Shown: positions 25,961-39,698, numbered from the whole stretch's first letter. The stretch: DNA of 63,049 bases, filler included, from Octopus bimaculoides (GCF_001194135.2; 3 parts of 3 records of this genome joined end to end with filler, not necessarily neighbours in it); one strand, 5' to 3'. A program made the numbers and translations. The notes: generated from the sequence alone by a model not told the origin.

Positions 25961-27494
25961 AATAATTTGTTATGACTGAATGTTTTCAATATTGTTTACC
26001 TTTCCTCCGAGATGTCATTTAAACTATCTTAGTAAGCTTATTTTTACCGGAGCAAATGTATGGATGGTTGAAAGCAACGATATATATGTAATGATATACG
26101 TGGGATGTAAATGATTTTAACAGTAGTGTCATCGATTAAAAACAGCCACGGTGGTTAACCATAAAATAAAATGCACTCCTCATGCTTTAGTATGAAAAAT
26201 TTTCTGCTTATCCGTTCTTATTTAACCCAGACATCCAATCTAAAGCTACAATATCTTTTGATGGGCAGAAGAAAAATAACAAATAACAAGTGCAATAGAT
26301 ACATGGTCTTGTAAATTTTCTATCTAATAAACGCAACAGACACTCATACGAGTGAGGGGTGAGAGGGATGTTCATAGCTGATTGACAGGTAGAAACCGGA
26401 TACCAGACAAATTTTTTTCATTAATCTGCTTTCATGCGCTTCGATCTCGTAAACCTTCTTTCTCCTGGAATGTCCTTGCATTCTGTAAAGAGGAATAGCT
26501 AACTTTTCATTTCATTGGAGTAGCCTTTATCCACAGGAAATTTAACCCTGTCGTTTAGTATTTAATTCAAGTTTTCATTAATAATAAATTGCCCTGTAAG
26601 ACTTGAACGCAGCTGGATAATATATAATCCAGTACATTTGTATTATCTCCTCCTGTAAGAAAATATGCTTTTAAATAACGTGTCTGAAAAAGATGAGAAC
26701 ACTCAGAGAGAAGGTATTATAACGCGTCTCAATAATATTTTCCTGGCCTAAATTTTCAGTAATATCTACTTCACTTTGGGTAATTATCTTCGGCAATCGT
26801 AAAAGTAGAAACCAGAAAATTCCACGCATTACATTCGCTATCTAACATTGCTGTCAAACATGCTCGTATTCCGTATTGTTAAAACTGAATGTAAATGAGC
26901 ATACTAAAAACTATTAGAAGACAGCTGGACGACGAGTAAACCAATGATGAAAACATTCGACCAGCAATGTCAGTGAGAATACTTGAAAATGATGATCTCC
27001 CTCTTAATATTGCTGGTTCAGCTGATGTTCTGCGGCTGAGGACGAACTAATGACGTGAAAAGATACTGAAACAACTATTACCTTCCGGGTTGTTGGACAC
27101 AAGAGATTTACTTTAAGAGATACAATCAGCCTTTTTATATATTTGTTTATTGTTAATGATAAAAGAAATAGGATATAATCAATGTAATAAGTTTGATCAT
27201 ACTGGACTCAAATAGGAGCATTTTATTTGTTTTGTCCATGAATATTAAGTAACAGGTATAGGAGTAAATAATGACTAAGCAAAACAGTTAACAAGAACTA
27301 AGTTCTTTTCTAAGTTTAAAAGCAATGAAGTAATTTGCAGATGCAAGACAAAACATAGAAACATAGAAACAGCAGACAAAGTAATCAACAACGCAGTGGA
27401 TTTCTGAAAATGACAAAGCAAAATCAAGTCGAGGTATTTTTAATTCTCTATAATATTGTTTAGAACAGTTTCCGTCTACCAAATGAAATCACAA

Positions 27495-27615
27495 GGCTAT
27501 GGTCGGTCCAAGGCTATAGTAGAAAACAATTGCCCAAGGTACCACGCATTGGGACTGAGCAAAGGGACCATATGGTTGGTAAGCAAGCTACTTACCACAT
27601 AGCAATGCCCACGCC
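27495..27615 (-). mobile_element. OK-like SINE 5' fragment
   Basis: Reverse complement of gtggtaagtagcttgcttaccaaccatatgg...ttgggcaa...tctactatagcc. Confidence 0.75.
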
Positions 27616-27760
27616 TGTGGAAAATTTACTTCACGGTGTCGTGCAGTTACTGTTTGTACCTCGTTCAGAGATTTAACATTGCTTGTTTACACTTTTTCGA
27701 GATCAGTGAATTTTCGTCACTGGAAAAATGATATATGTATTTGCATTGTGAGCCGTTCGC

Positions 27761-27844
27761 ATCGAAGATCGGTGATTGTCGTACGCTGACGAAGGGTAAA
27801 TACCCAGAAACCCCGGTCCGTGCGTATCACGTCAGATCGACGAT
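27761..27844 (+). ncRNA. Type I hammerhead ribozyme candidate with extended stem I
   Basis: cgtacg-CTGACGA-a-gggt(aaat)accc-a-GAAAC-cccg-GTC-cgtgcg; stem I continues as gtgat/atcac, gatc/gatc, atcg/cgat; predicted cleavage after C27818. Confidence 0.75.
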
Positions 27845-27991
27845 GGGAAGGATGACTTCCCTTTGCAAATACCGACAGCGCACACAAAGTGTGTCAATAA
27901 CCAGCTGGAGGAGATGTTCTCCTGGGGCTAAAAGCTACAGTAGCATTCACCCTTAGTGTTTAGCCACATTTAAGTGGCAAATATAGTTCGC

Positions 27992-28022
<31 letters not shown>

Positions 28023-28330
28023 TTAGGGAAAATAACCAATTTTCAAGAACTCNNNNNNNNNNNNNNNNNNNNNNNNNNNNNNNNNNNNNNNNNNNNNNNN
28101 NNNNNNNNNNNNNNNNNNNNNNNNNNNNNNNNNNNNNNNNNNNNNNNNNNNNNNNNNNNNNNNNNNNNNNNNNNNNNNNNNNNNNNNNNNNNNNNNNATA
28201 TACATACATAAAATATATAAATATATATGTATATACAATTAATCCAACAATATATATACGATATATATATATATATATATACTGTATATATATATATATA
28301 CTGTATATATATATATATACTGTATATAAG

Positions 28331-28790
28331 AGTGGCTGCGTGGTAAGTAGTATGCTTACCAAGCACATGGTCCCTGGTTCAGTCCCACTGCGTGGCACCT
28401 TGGGTAAGTGTCTTCTACTATACCTTCAGGCCGACAAAAGCCTTGTGAGCGGATTTGGTAGACGGAAACTGGAAGGAGCCCGTCGTATATGTATATATAT
28501 ATATGTATATGTATGTGTGTGTATATGTTTGTGTGTCTGTTTGTCGCCCCTAACATCGCTTGACAACCTATGCGGGTCTGTTTACGTCCCCGTAAATTAG
28601 CGGTTCGGCAAAAGAGTACGATAGAATAAGTACTAAGCTTACAAAGAATAAGCTTTAGGGTCAATTTACTCGACTAAAGGCGGTGTTCCAGCATGACCGC
28701 AGTCAAATATATATCTGTATACAAATATATATCTGTATGTTTCAGTCATTTGACTGAAACATATAAAAGAGTAAAGAGTAAAAGAGTAAT
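28331..28790 (+). mobile_element. Near full-length OK-like tRNA SINE
   Basis: Colinear with 20381-20778, plus a gtaaaaga tail. Confidence 0.85.
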
Positions 28791-29547
28791 ACATATATAT
28801 ATGTATGTATGTATATATATATATATATATATATNNNNNNNNNNNNNNNNNNNNNNNNNNNNNNNNNNNNNNNNNNNNNNNNNNNNNNNNNNNNNNNNNN
28901 NNNNNNNNNNNNNNNNNNNNNNNNNNNNNNNNNNNNNNNNNNNNNNNNNNNNNNNNNNNNNNNNNNNNNNNNNNNNNNNNNNNNNNNNNNNNNNNNNNNN
29001 NNNNNNNNNNNNNNNNNNNNNNNNNNNNNNNNNNNNNNNNNNNNNNNNNNNNNNNNNNNNNNNNNNNNNNNNNNNNNNNNNNNNNNNNNNNNNNNNNNNN
29101 NNNNNNNNNNNNNNNNNNNNNNNNNNNNNNNNNNNNNNNNNNNNNNNNNNNNNNNNNNNNNNNNNNNNNNNNNNNNNNNNNNNNNNNNNNNNNNNNNNNN
29201 NNNNNNNNNNNNNNNNNNNNNNNNNNNNNNNNNNNNNNNNNNNNNNNNNNNNNNNNNNNNNNNNNNNNNNNNNNNNNNNNNNNNNNNNNNNNNNNNNNNN
29301 NNNNNNNNNNNNNNNNNNNNNNNNNNNNNNNNNNNNNNNNNNNNNNNNNNNNNNNNNNNNNNNNNNNNNNNNNNNNNNNNNNNNNNNNNNNNNNNNNNNN
29401 NNNNNNNNNNNNNNNNNNNNNNNNNNNNNNNNNNNNTTGTTATATTGTTATATATATACATATACATATATATAAATATGTGTAGAATTTACAATGTAGT
29501 TATTCTTTTTCATTCCAGGTGCCATTATATTAAATATTTGCGAAGAG

Positions 29548-29785
29548 TAACCGTGCCACGCACAAATAATTCAGCAGAACCGTCAGATTTTCAAAGAGGT
29601 CGTATTGTTAGGCAATCTGAGGCTGGTCTTAGCCAGCAAAAAATTGCCGAAAATCTTGAAATTCCTCTTGCTACTGTTAATAGAATTATAGTGCAATTCA
29701 AAAACTAAGGAAAAGAATCAATAGATTCTCGTCCCGGCCGACCTGGGCTCTCAGAAAGGAAGTTTCGCTGTTTGATCAGAATTAA
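29548..29785 (+). mobile_element. Tc1-like transposase N-terminal HTH remnant
   Basis: [54 protein letters not shown]...RPGRP. Confidence 0.75.
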
Positions 29786-30039
29786 ATAACACGAAGGAAG
29801 TAAGAAGAAAAATGACTGAAAATGCACATTGGAAATCCCAAATATTAAAGGCTTTTTATGAAAAGTAACGATAGATATATACAATTAGATGAACTGAGGT
29901 AGGAATAAAAGTAATAAAAGTCATTATTGCGAATTGTTCAAGAGATTCAAAAGCATACCGGTTTCGTAAAGTTTCTAATCATTGCTTTGAATGCACACCG
30001 ATTACTGAATGGTATCAGGTCTACTAGTCCCTGAGTAAA

Positions 30040-31545
30040 AAGATTAAGTGTAAGGGAGGTAAGTAGTTCTGGGTTTGGTGCAATTAGGGTAGATATAGAT
30101 CTGTAATGTGAATGGTGTATGGGATGTATGGGGGTTAGTGGTATTAATTGAAAGGTTAATTGTGTTCTGTATTATGTTATCTATTCATATTGAGTTGTGG
30201 AAGATATTTATTGATGAAAGTTGCCTCTTTATTCATTCTTTGTGGTACTGAGGTGTTCTGTGAACATTGATAAAAGGGGAAAATTAGGAAATGTGTTCAC
30301 TGACCTGTATCTGTCTGTATTGTGAGTAGTGGATTTGTTATTTGTGGAGAGTGGTTCTTCGACGGAGTGATATTCCTGTTTGGCCAATATAATTATTACC
30401 ACACCCTAAGCATGTAATGGCATAGATTAGATTTTCCGAGGCACAGGTGAAATTTGATTGAATCTTAAATAGTTCACCTTGTTTAAAGTGGAGCTCTGAA
30501 CCCTCCAAAAGGTAGGGGCATGTACCACCGTTAGGTCGACCACATTTTTTCACCTTTGGTTCTGTTGTTAATGGATATAGTCTTGCGCTGGTTAATATTT
30601 TTCAATGATTTAGGTTGCATTTAGCTTTTGATAATTTTGTGTGAGCCTAAAATTTTGTTCATTGTTTTATCTCCTGTGAGGGCGGGTAGATTTTGGATGA
30701 TAATGTTGAAGGCTTCGTTGTTTCTAGGGTTATTTGTGGAGATGTATGGGAGTATTTTTAAGTCGGGTTTAGTATTTCAGTTGACTTCCTTTAATGCTCG
30801 TATATCTATTTCGTTAGCTCGTTTAATGCCATTATTTTTGAATGATATTGAGTAATGTCTTTTGATTAGTATTGATCTGAGTTCAAGGAGTCTTCATTCA
30901 CGAGTATATGTGTCCGAAACTATGGTACAGATTCTTTTCGCTAGATTATAAAGTATATTAATTTTTATGTGTTTGGGGTGGCGTGAGTTCAATAATAGGT
31001 ATTGTTTAGAATCTGTGGGTTTATAGAAGATGCCTGTTTCGATGTTGTTATTGACTATTTTAATTTGGATGTCAAGAGAAGGGAGTTGTTTACTGCTGTG
31101 CTCCATGGTGAATTGCATGTTGCTATTAAAATTGTTAAGCATTATTTTGAAATCGTGGAGTTTGTCCATGCTGTCTTTCCAAAGTATAAAGCAATCGTCC
31201 AAATACCTCTTCCATTTCTCCTTTAAATAGCAATGAAATGAGGGGCCATATTTTTGTAGTGATGATTGATATATTTTAAGCTCTAGGTAACCCAATACAA
31301 AGTTCGCAATCACTGGAGCAGCTCGGGTTCCCATTGCAATTCCACATTTTCGTCGATAGTAAACTGTATCGAACACGAAATCGTTGTTCAGTGGGATGAA
31401 TTTAAGTGCTGCGATAACGAATCTGTGGTTGATGCATCCTGGGATCTCTTCTGGGTATTTTTCTAGCCAGAAGGTGATCGCTTCTATACCATATTCGTCT
31501 GGAATATTGGTGTACAAATTTACCACATCGAATGATACTACTGGT
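30040..31545 (-). mobile_element. Penelope-like retroelement (same family as 18350-20045), RT + GIY-YIG
   Basis: SFDVVNLYTNIP...GIAMGTRAAPVIANFVLG...WKRYLDDCFILW...YKPTDSKQYL; FTCASENLIYAITCLGCGNNYIGQTG. Confidence 0.92.
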
Positions 31546-31582
31546 TCTATTTCACTTTAATATTATGATTATTATTGTTATT

Positions 31583-31805
31583 AAGGCGGGGCGCTGGCAG
31601 AGTCGTTATCACACTGGACGAAATGCTTAGCGGCATCTCACCCGTCGCTACGTTCTGAATTCAAATTCCGCCTGGGTAGACTTTGCCTTTCATCTTTCGG
31701 TGTCGATAAATAAAGTAACAGTGAAACACTGGGATCGATGTGAATGACTATTCCCCTCTCCCAAATTTCAGACCTTGTAAATATTGTAGAAAGGATTGTT
31801 ATTAT
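31583..31805 (+). mobile_element. tRNA-derived SINE, second family
   Basis: aaggcggggcgctggcagagtcgtt...gttctgaattcaaattccgcc...ctttgcctttcatctttcgg-gtcgataaa. Confidence 0.8.
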
Positions 31806-31849
31806 TTCGTAGTCTCATTTTTATCACGTGCATTCACTGCACTACCAAG

Positions 31850-32420
31850 CATAGCTTTGTGTGTTTCGGGTGTGTGCTGTGGTTTGTTGTGGTGCTCTTA
31901 TTTACACTGTATTGAATGTGCTTGACACAAGATGTGCGCGGTGCCTAGTAGTGTTATTTTCTGTATGTTACATTCATTCGTAAGTCTTGGTGTTGTGGTT
32001 ATGTATTTGTCTGAATGTTTTTTTAATCATACTTAGGTATGATTAAAAAAACATTCAGACAAATACATAACCACAACACCATTATAGGAATTCCTTCTAT
32101 TTCTATGCTCCCCATTCGAGTTACCTCTATTTCCAGATCTTTATATTTTGAGAGTTTTTTCACTTCTTTTAGACTTTCATTGTCATCAGTTGGTATTGAT
32201 ACAGCGATTAGAAGGCATTTTTTCTTGATAATCTCTGATAATTATATCCGGTCTGTTAGCCTTGATTTCTCTATTTGTGTGTATATGTATACCCCAGAGT
32301 ATGGTTGCTTTCTCATTTTCTGTGACCTTGTCTGGGGTGTACCTATACCATCTTTTTTTGTTGTCATTCCAAAGTATTGTCATAGCTTTCAGTGTATATA
32401 GCTCCCAACACTGTCATGTG
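31850..32420 (-). mobile_element. R4/Dong-like RLE fragment containing an inverted duplication
   Basis: KATILWGIHIHTNREIKANRPDIIIRDY...KYKDLEIEVTRM...NIQKITLLGTAHIL. Confidence 0.8.
31988..32081. repeat. Perfect 45-bp-arm palindrome with a 4-nt loop
   Basis: 31988-32032 is the exact reverse complement of 32037-32081. Confidence 0.95.
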
Positions 32421-32429
32421 TGTGAATAT

Positions 32430-32570
<141 letters not shown>

Positions 32571-34486
32571 AAATTACTTTCTATCAATCTTTCTACGAAC
32601 CAATTAATCACATGGTTTGTGAAACTCCTTTCGTCGCCATTCGCAGCCTCATCAATCATATGCTAACCTTATTTTTATAATTTTGCAATGAAGAGGGAAT
32701 TTCTGCAGGATTGATCTTTTTATATATATATATAGATAGATATCAAATCGCTAAGTATAAGCGAACGACGTGCATCAACCCCCGATAATCAAAATTCTTC
32801 AAACGTTCTCGCTGATTTCTTCGGTCATAACGTTATGTGTAATGACATTTCAACCATATTTTATATATAAAGACAGGTGAAAGATATCACAGCAGCAAGC
32901 CAGCGAATCGATCAATAGAATCCAATTGATTTTGCCTGTTTTTTTCTTCAAATTTTTCTAAATTTTTTAATCTTTAAAATCCCGGTTTTTACTTTATTTT
33001 ACACTGATACACATGCATAATACTTGGAGTTTATATTCTTTTGCTCACCACATGAAAAGTCTATTATACACACATCCCAGACAATATATTTACTGATAAT
33101 TCACTCGATTATCGTAAGACACGTTAAAGTAGCTAAAAGCTACTCTAGAAAGATGTATTCAACATGTAACAAAATCAACGCAGCCGCCATTATCATCCAC
33201 ATCATCACCAGCATAAATCATTGCAATTTGTTTGTGTAAAACTGAGCCAACAGAAATGACTGGATTACATACGGTCTCAAAACACTTCATAAATTAAGCC
33301 ACATTTACCTCACTGGTTGCTTTATCTGCCGCGCTGCACACAATGAATGCTACAGATACCTCGGCTTTGGCGAAAAAAACTTACCATTGAAAAGGTGTTG
33401 TGAACATAATGTAGTAACTAAAAGATAAGTTATTTTGGGAAGAGAATAAATATGTTGGCGTGTGGAGACCAGTTGCCCAGCGACCGTTGTACAATATTGC
33501 ATTCAAAGTCAGTGAGAGAGAAAAGTAACAATCTACAGCGCTTCAATGGAGATAAGAAATTTACATTTGGGACTTGTAATGGCTGTCGCATGAGGCTACG
33601 TTAATGTTTAACAAATCAGTTTGGTCAGCTGAGAATTCTGGGTAAAGTAAGAGACAGCAGATGTAGTGGCGCTTTAGTCGACGCCCTTGTGACAAGTTAT
33701 ACTGATTTATGTATTACCTACAGCACTCATGAGGGACCAGATGCACAGACACACACACACACACACACACACACAGGGACATGCCCGCGCATAAGTGCAT
33801 AGAATGAATCCATAAACACATATAAAACGTCCAAGGGTACATTTTTCCCCCTCTGATGATATTATGCTCAGGTTATATAAATAGAAATTTAATGGTTACT
33901 CAATATTTACAGTAATTGAAACAACTGTAAGTGAATATGATTAATTTGCTGTTAATTATAAGTAATTATTNNNNNNNNNNNNNNNNNNNNNNNNNNNNNN
34001 NNNNNNNNNNNNNNNNNNNNNNNNNNNNNNNNNNNNNNNNNNNNNNNNNNNNNNNNNNNNNNNNNNNNNNNNNNNNNNNNNNNNNNNNNNNNNNNNNNNN
34101 NNNNNNNNNNNNNNNNNNNNNNNNNNNNNNNNNNNNNNNNNNNNNNNNNNNNNNNNNNNNNNNNNNNNNNNNNNNNNNNNNNNNNNNNNNNNNNNNNNNN
34201 NNNNNNNNNNNNNNNNNNNNNNNNNNNNNNNNNNNNNNNNNNNNNNNNNNNNNNNNNNNNNNNNNNNNNNNNNNNNNNNNNNNNNNNNNNNNNNNNNNNN
34301 NNNNNNNNNNNNNNNNNNNNNNNNNNNNNNNNNNNNNNNNNNNNNNNNNNNNNNNNNNNNNNNNNNNNNNNNNNNNNNNNNNNNNNNNNNNNNNNNNNNN
34401 NNNNNNNNNNNNNNNNNNNNNNNNNNNNNNNNNNNNNNNNNNNNNNNNNNNNNNNNNNNNNNNNNNNNNNNNNNNNNNNNNNNNNN

Positions 34487-34519
<33 letters not shown>

Positions 34520-34774
34520 CTAGGGACCTCTGTCAAAATTTCAAACGATCTGACGGGCTACCACACAGTTTCCCTCTACTCAACTCTGATTAAATTTATT
34601 ATACTCTTGCCTCTTATAGTTGTCTCTCTTCACTGCATGCATAATTTTACTTTGTTGACTTTTACCTTTATTAACATTTATTCATTAAATCCTTTCTCCC
34701 CACTGCAAGATACTTCCAATTAATTGATAGAAACTACAGCATGTTAATCTCCCTAAACTTTACTTACTGGCTTT

Positions 34775-35075
34775 CCTTCGGGTACGACGACATGTGTTCC
34801 AGTTGATCCGATCGACGGAACAACCTGCTCGTGAAATTAACGAGCAAATGGCTGAGTACTCCATAAACATGCGTACCTTTAACGTAGTTCTAAGGGAGAG
34901 TCAGCGTGGTATAGAATGTGACAAGCGCGGTACTTTTAATTACAGGTACAACCTATTTTTGCCAGACGAGTGGACTACAGTAAAGTGAAATGAAGTGTCT
35001 TGCTCAAGGACACAACGCGTCGCTGAGAATTGAACCCACAGTCTTATGATCGTAAGCCGAATACCCTAACCCTTA
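34775..35075 (-). mobile_element. tRNA-derived SINE, third family
   Basis: Reverse strand ggttaagggtattcggc...gggttcaattc...gttgtgtccttgagcaagacacttcatttcac, like 44514-44820. Confidence 0.7.
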
Positions 35076-36339
35076 ACCTCTAAGCCTTCACTAAATCCTA
35101 TTGCATTACTAAATGTAATTAGTTAAATGATTGTTATGTACTACAGTATCTTAACAGTCACCCATATTTCAACAGTAATGTTATATACTGGTGACTACAG
35201 ACCAAAAATGAATTTGTATCAGTTCCACTTCATCTAAGGGTAATTGTCAGAATATCCTTCACCCACGTATTTCTAGGGTGGAATTAGTGTCATAATGTTA
35301 GAATTTACCCGTAGGATCCACCCGACAGTTTTCCCACCAATTCTTTCTACTTAATTTTACTCACAAAGTTTAGGTGCACCCTACGCTACATACCCCAGAT
35401 TCAATGCAGTGAGATCAAGCCTAGACATTAGTGTTGCAAATCAACCCACTTAAAAAGCCGGGTCATGATGTACCCTGTTAGTTTATTAGAAATCACTCAA
35501 CGTTAATTAAATTGTTATCGATTACAGTATCTAGTTAACGCTCACTCGACCACATTCGTTGTTATTTAACGACTCACCAACACTTGTTCCTCTCTTCTCC
35601 ACCCACACCAATACACACAAATCAAATAACTTTTATTTAAATTAATGAAAATTATCGAGGACATAACTAGCTACCTTAACGGTTGAAGATTGTCAGCCAG
35701 ACAGTTATTACTAAAATAACAAGACAGAGTGATTATGACTACAAATATACGGAAATATATGTATTCCGCTTTAATCCGGCTAAGGAAATTTACTCAAGAG
35801 GGGATCTTTGGCAGCATGTGTTAAAGATGAACACGACCCATTCCGATATTATTTAACAACTGCTTAGGTTTCGCCTTCTTCTCTTTCCAGTTTTATTTAT
35901 ATACCCTCCTTGGTTTATATATAAACACAGTTATATTACTGCTTGTTACTTCAATAAGCGTACTTCTACCTTATAGAATTTTAACATTATACAATGTTCT
36001 TTCCTCTTTTTTGGCGTATTTCACGGCCTCCGAAACTAGGAAAATATGAGATCAACCTCAAACCGCGGACTCACCATAGAGGGACCCCACTAAACGCAAC
36101 TAAGGAACAAAACACCGTAAGATACATGTTAGCTTCCAGTTTTCCTTCTCTATTCTATCTTCTCAATCTTTGTTATATCTTTCATATGAATTATATATAT
36201 TCTATAAGCTAAAGACATTTCACTGTCACCCCACCCCATTTCCTGGACACAAATACAAGGCCTATGTCTATTTTTACCTTACCTTTGTGTTGTCGTTTTC
36301 GTAAGCTTTGTACTATGAAGTTTTATAAATGATTAAATA

Positions 36340-36516
36340 AGAAGGCCTGGCTGCGTCGTTAAACTTGCTTTGTAACGAAGAACTTTTGAATACAATCACA
36401 CTGCGCTGCGCCTTCGGCAAATGTTTTCTACTTTCGCTCCGAGTCAGCTAAAGCCTTGTCTGTAAATTGATAGATAGAAACTGTACAAAAGCCTGTCGTA
36501 CATATANNNNNNNNNN

Positions 36517-36554
<38 letters not shown>

Positions 36555-36680
36555 TGTGTCTGTGTGTCTGTGTGTGTGTAGATGTCTGCGTTTTCCCCAC
36601 ACTGCTTGATTGAGTATTGATTTGTTTACGCCTACGTAACTTAGCTATTCGGCAAAAAAAAAAAACGATTTATAATTACT
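36340..36680 (+). mobile_element. Degenerate OK-like SINE
   Basis: ccttcggcaaatgttttctact...gatagaaactg...gtaacttagctattcggcaaaa. Confidence 0.6.
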
Positions 36681-36989
36681 GGAAGCAACTTATTCTTGTT
36701 CCACTAATCTGGCAAGGCGGCGTTTCTTCGTCCAATGTTTGAAATAAGTAAAAGAAAATTCCTTTTTCTTCTGAAGTCTTTTGGTTATTCCTTGTTCAAT
36801 AATTTCACAATAATTTCCGACAACGAGGCTCTCCACACTTTCTTATCTGCAATATTTTTTGTTTCTCCGATTTGGATCTCGCTTGAGATTCAATGGTTGT
36901 CTGGACTTTTGTAGGATTTTTGATGTTTTACTTATTTGTCGGAGATTCGGTAACTGATGCAAAATCGAGAGGTATCGTTTGGACATATG

Positions 36990-37720
36990 TAGGATGTTAT
37001 GGTACCAGTTTTCTTTCTTATGTTACAAGGGAAACATGGACGTTCTACTGGCAGTGTGCACCAAGGAAGAACAGAGACCACTGATCCGATTTCTCAGTTT
37101 TGGGTGTTTGTCTTGGACTGAAATTCATTGTATGTTTTTCACTACAATACGGGGACAGCACTCTACTGCGTACAATCTATCATGTATGTGTGGATTGCGA
37201 AGTTTAAAAATGGCCGGACAAGCGTGAAGTGCGAAGAGGAAGCAGGCTTCTCATCAACCCCCCACCACTGACGTGAATATTTAACAAACCCGAAAGATGA
37301 TCTCGGAAACCGACGTATGACCATCGATGAGGTAACATGTTTTCTGTAAATTAGTCACGGTTTTACATACGAAAGCATCCACACCAAACTTTCGCAAAGT
37401 CTGTGATAGATGGATTCCAAAAGAACTTATCGAAGCGCATAAGCGCAATCGTGTGGAGATTTATTGACGCGTACTCGACCGTTACAACGATAAAGGCGAA
37501 GATTTCTTGGGAGAGAATAATCGAAGAAGTAGAGGAAACAGTGCCTAAATGACTGTGCGGCCAGCAGAAAACCTTCTCCGATGAAATTTGCAATCTTGTA
37601 GATGAAGTGCATCGAAAAGCAAGGAGACTCTGTCGAAAATTGATATAATTGATCGACCTTTGCCTTTCTTTTAATAAATGACACAAAAACGAGTGCATAG
37701 GGTATTTGACTTACCCTAGT
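36990..37720 (+). mobile_element. Internally deleted mariner remnant
   Basis: MDVLLAVCTKEEQRPLIRFL...EIH (mariner N-terminus), then a decayed KNGRTSV...GRFSS region. Confidence 0.7.
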
Positions 37721-39524
37721 ATATAGAAACACACACAAATACATACCCACACACTTATATATATATATATACACATATATACATACATACACACACACAT
37801 ACACATACATATATATAAGTGCATTTGCACATATGTATGTATATATATACATTTATGTATATATTTATTTTAATATATGTATGTATAAATATGATTGTGC
37901 GTGTTTGTGTGCGTATGTGTGTGTATGTATGTGTCTGTGCATACAACAGTACGGTAACAAGCAATCATACCTCGTGGTATTTGGTTCCATTGCCCATTTG
38001 CGATCAATTCGATTTCGCTTTTCTTCTTTAAAAACCTCAAAAAATGCCACCAAATGTCGTGGTCGTCGTAACAGAAAAAATTTCTTCATGGCGCTGTCTT
38101 TTATGGTAGCACCACAATGATGGAAACTAGTGAAAGAAGAGAAAATAAAAAGGGGAAAAAATCAAATTCACAAAAAGAAAAGAAAGTTCTTGTGCCTTAC
38201 GGCATTACGTGCTTCCGTACTTTTAAAGTTTTGAACATCTGTTCCAAACAAGAAACATGCGAGTATATTGTTCGATTGGTTGTAGCAGAGATTTTCCTTA
38301 CATTGTTTTACCATTGATGGTCTGTCGTATTATTGTTGTGAGTTTGTTGTTTTATTGTTGTGAGTACGTGCACGTGTATGAGTGCGTGAGCGCGTATATG
38401 CGAGTTGTAGGGCACAAGTATGAATGGATAGATAATAAAATGAAAGAAATAAGATCACACTGGCACACGCTATTTATATACCAGACTTACTATCCAGCGT
38501 TGCCCGGTAAAGTATTCACGGAATTGTTTGCCAGTTTGTAGAATGGGAATTCATGGTGCTTGTGCATGTATATGTATTTAACCTAACTTTCGGACTTAAT
38601 TCATTGGAATTATCCAAACAATAGTAATCAAGTTAATGTGTGAAGAAAATTGTGAGTACAATTACCACTGCCACCATCTCTTCCACCACCACCACCACGA
38701 CTCCCACTACCACCATTATCACCCACCGTCAACGCTCCCTCTTCTTTTATCGTCCCATCCCTCGCTCACGTACGGTCGTCTATCTGAATGAGAACAAACA
38801 TGGTTTAAATGTTTCAAATAGTTATACTTAAAAATCACTTCCACCTACCTTTCCTCTTCTTTATCGTCTATCATCACCTCCTCCTCCTCTCCCATTCCAC
38901 TTTCGCGTTTATTTCTTCACCTCGTACTACAGCTCGTCTTTCATATAATGTCTCCCCCTCATCCTTTCTCTTTAAGCTATCTCTTCCTCTTACCCAACCA
39001 ACACTAATCTCTCTTCCCCTCTCGTTCACTCTCCCTTTTTGCCTCTCCCTTTCTCTCTCTCACTGTTTTGTTTTTTTTCTTAGAGAGAGAGTGAGAGAGC
39101 GAAGACTACGTGTGTGTGTATGCCACAAATAGCATACGTGTGTTTGTATTGATTCACACTGCATGACATTCATTATATGCGTGTGTATTCTGTATGTGCG
39201 TATATGTTGACATCACGGATGCCATGTTCTTTTTCTTCAAGAAATAACAAACAAAAATTGTGTTTAATCGTCTTTATTGATAAATAGCGGTCCAAATATC
39301 ACAAAAATTCGTACTGCATTGTATAAAGTAAGTATCAAAAAATATATGTAAAAGAATTAAGATAGAATATACCATTTCTGAGATATTTCGGGTATAAATA
39401 AATATCTTCTAGAATTTTAGTATTATTAAGGTGTATACAAATACTCATACACACACACACGCACACATACACACGCACACACACACACATACATATAAAT
39501 ATATATATAATATATATAATTCAC

Positions 39525-39572
<48 letters not shown>

Positions 39573-39628
39573 TATCGTTTTTGCATTTGGTTGCAAGATT
39601 CTTTATGTGAATTTGTGTGGAAGCATAT

Positions 39629-39698
39629 TTTCGTTGCGTCTTGCAACCTTTTTAATAGTCGACGACTATTGAAAGGCTACTTGCAAGATGCAACGAAA
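39629..39698. repeat. Fold-back hairpin of a dispersed repeat end
   Basis: tttcgttgcgtcttgcaa-cctttttaatagtc (gac) gactattgaaagg-ctac-ttgcaagatgcaacgaaa; the left arm also occurs unpaired at about 58982-59013. Confidence 0.85.

Noticed and set aside
33385-33417. Possible 33-bp minus-strand micro-exon (ttttag...ATG/GTAAGT)
   Set aside because: Too short to distinguish from chance without RNA data
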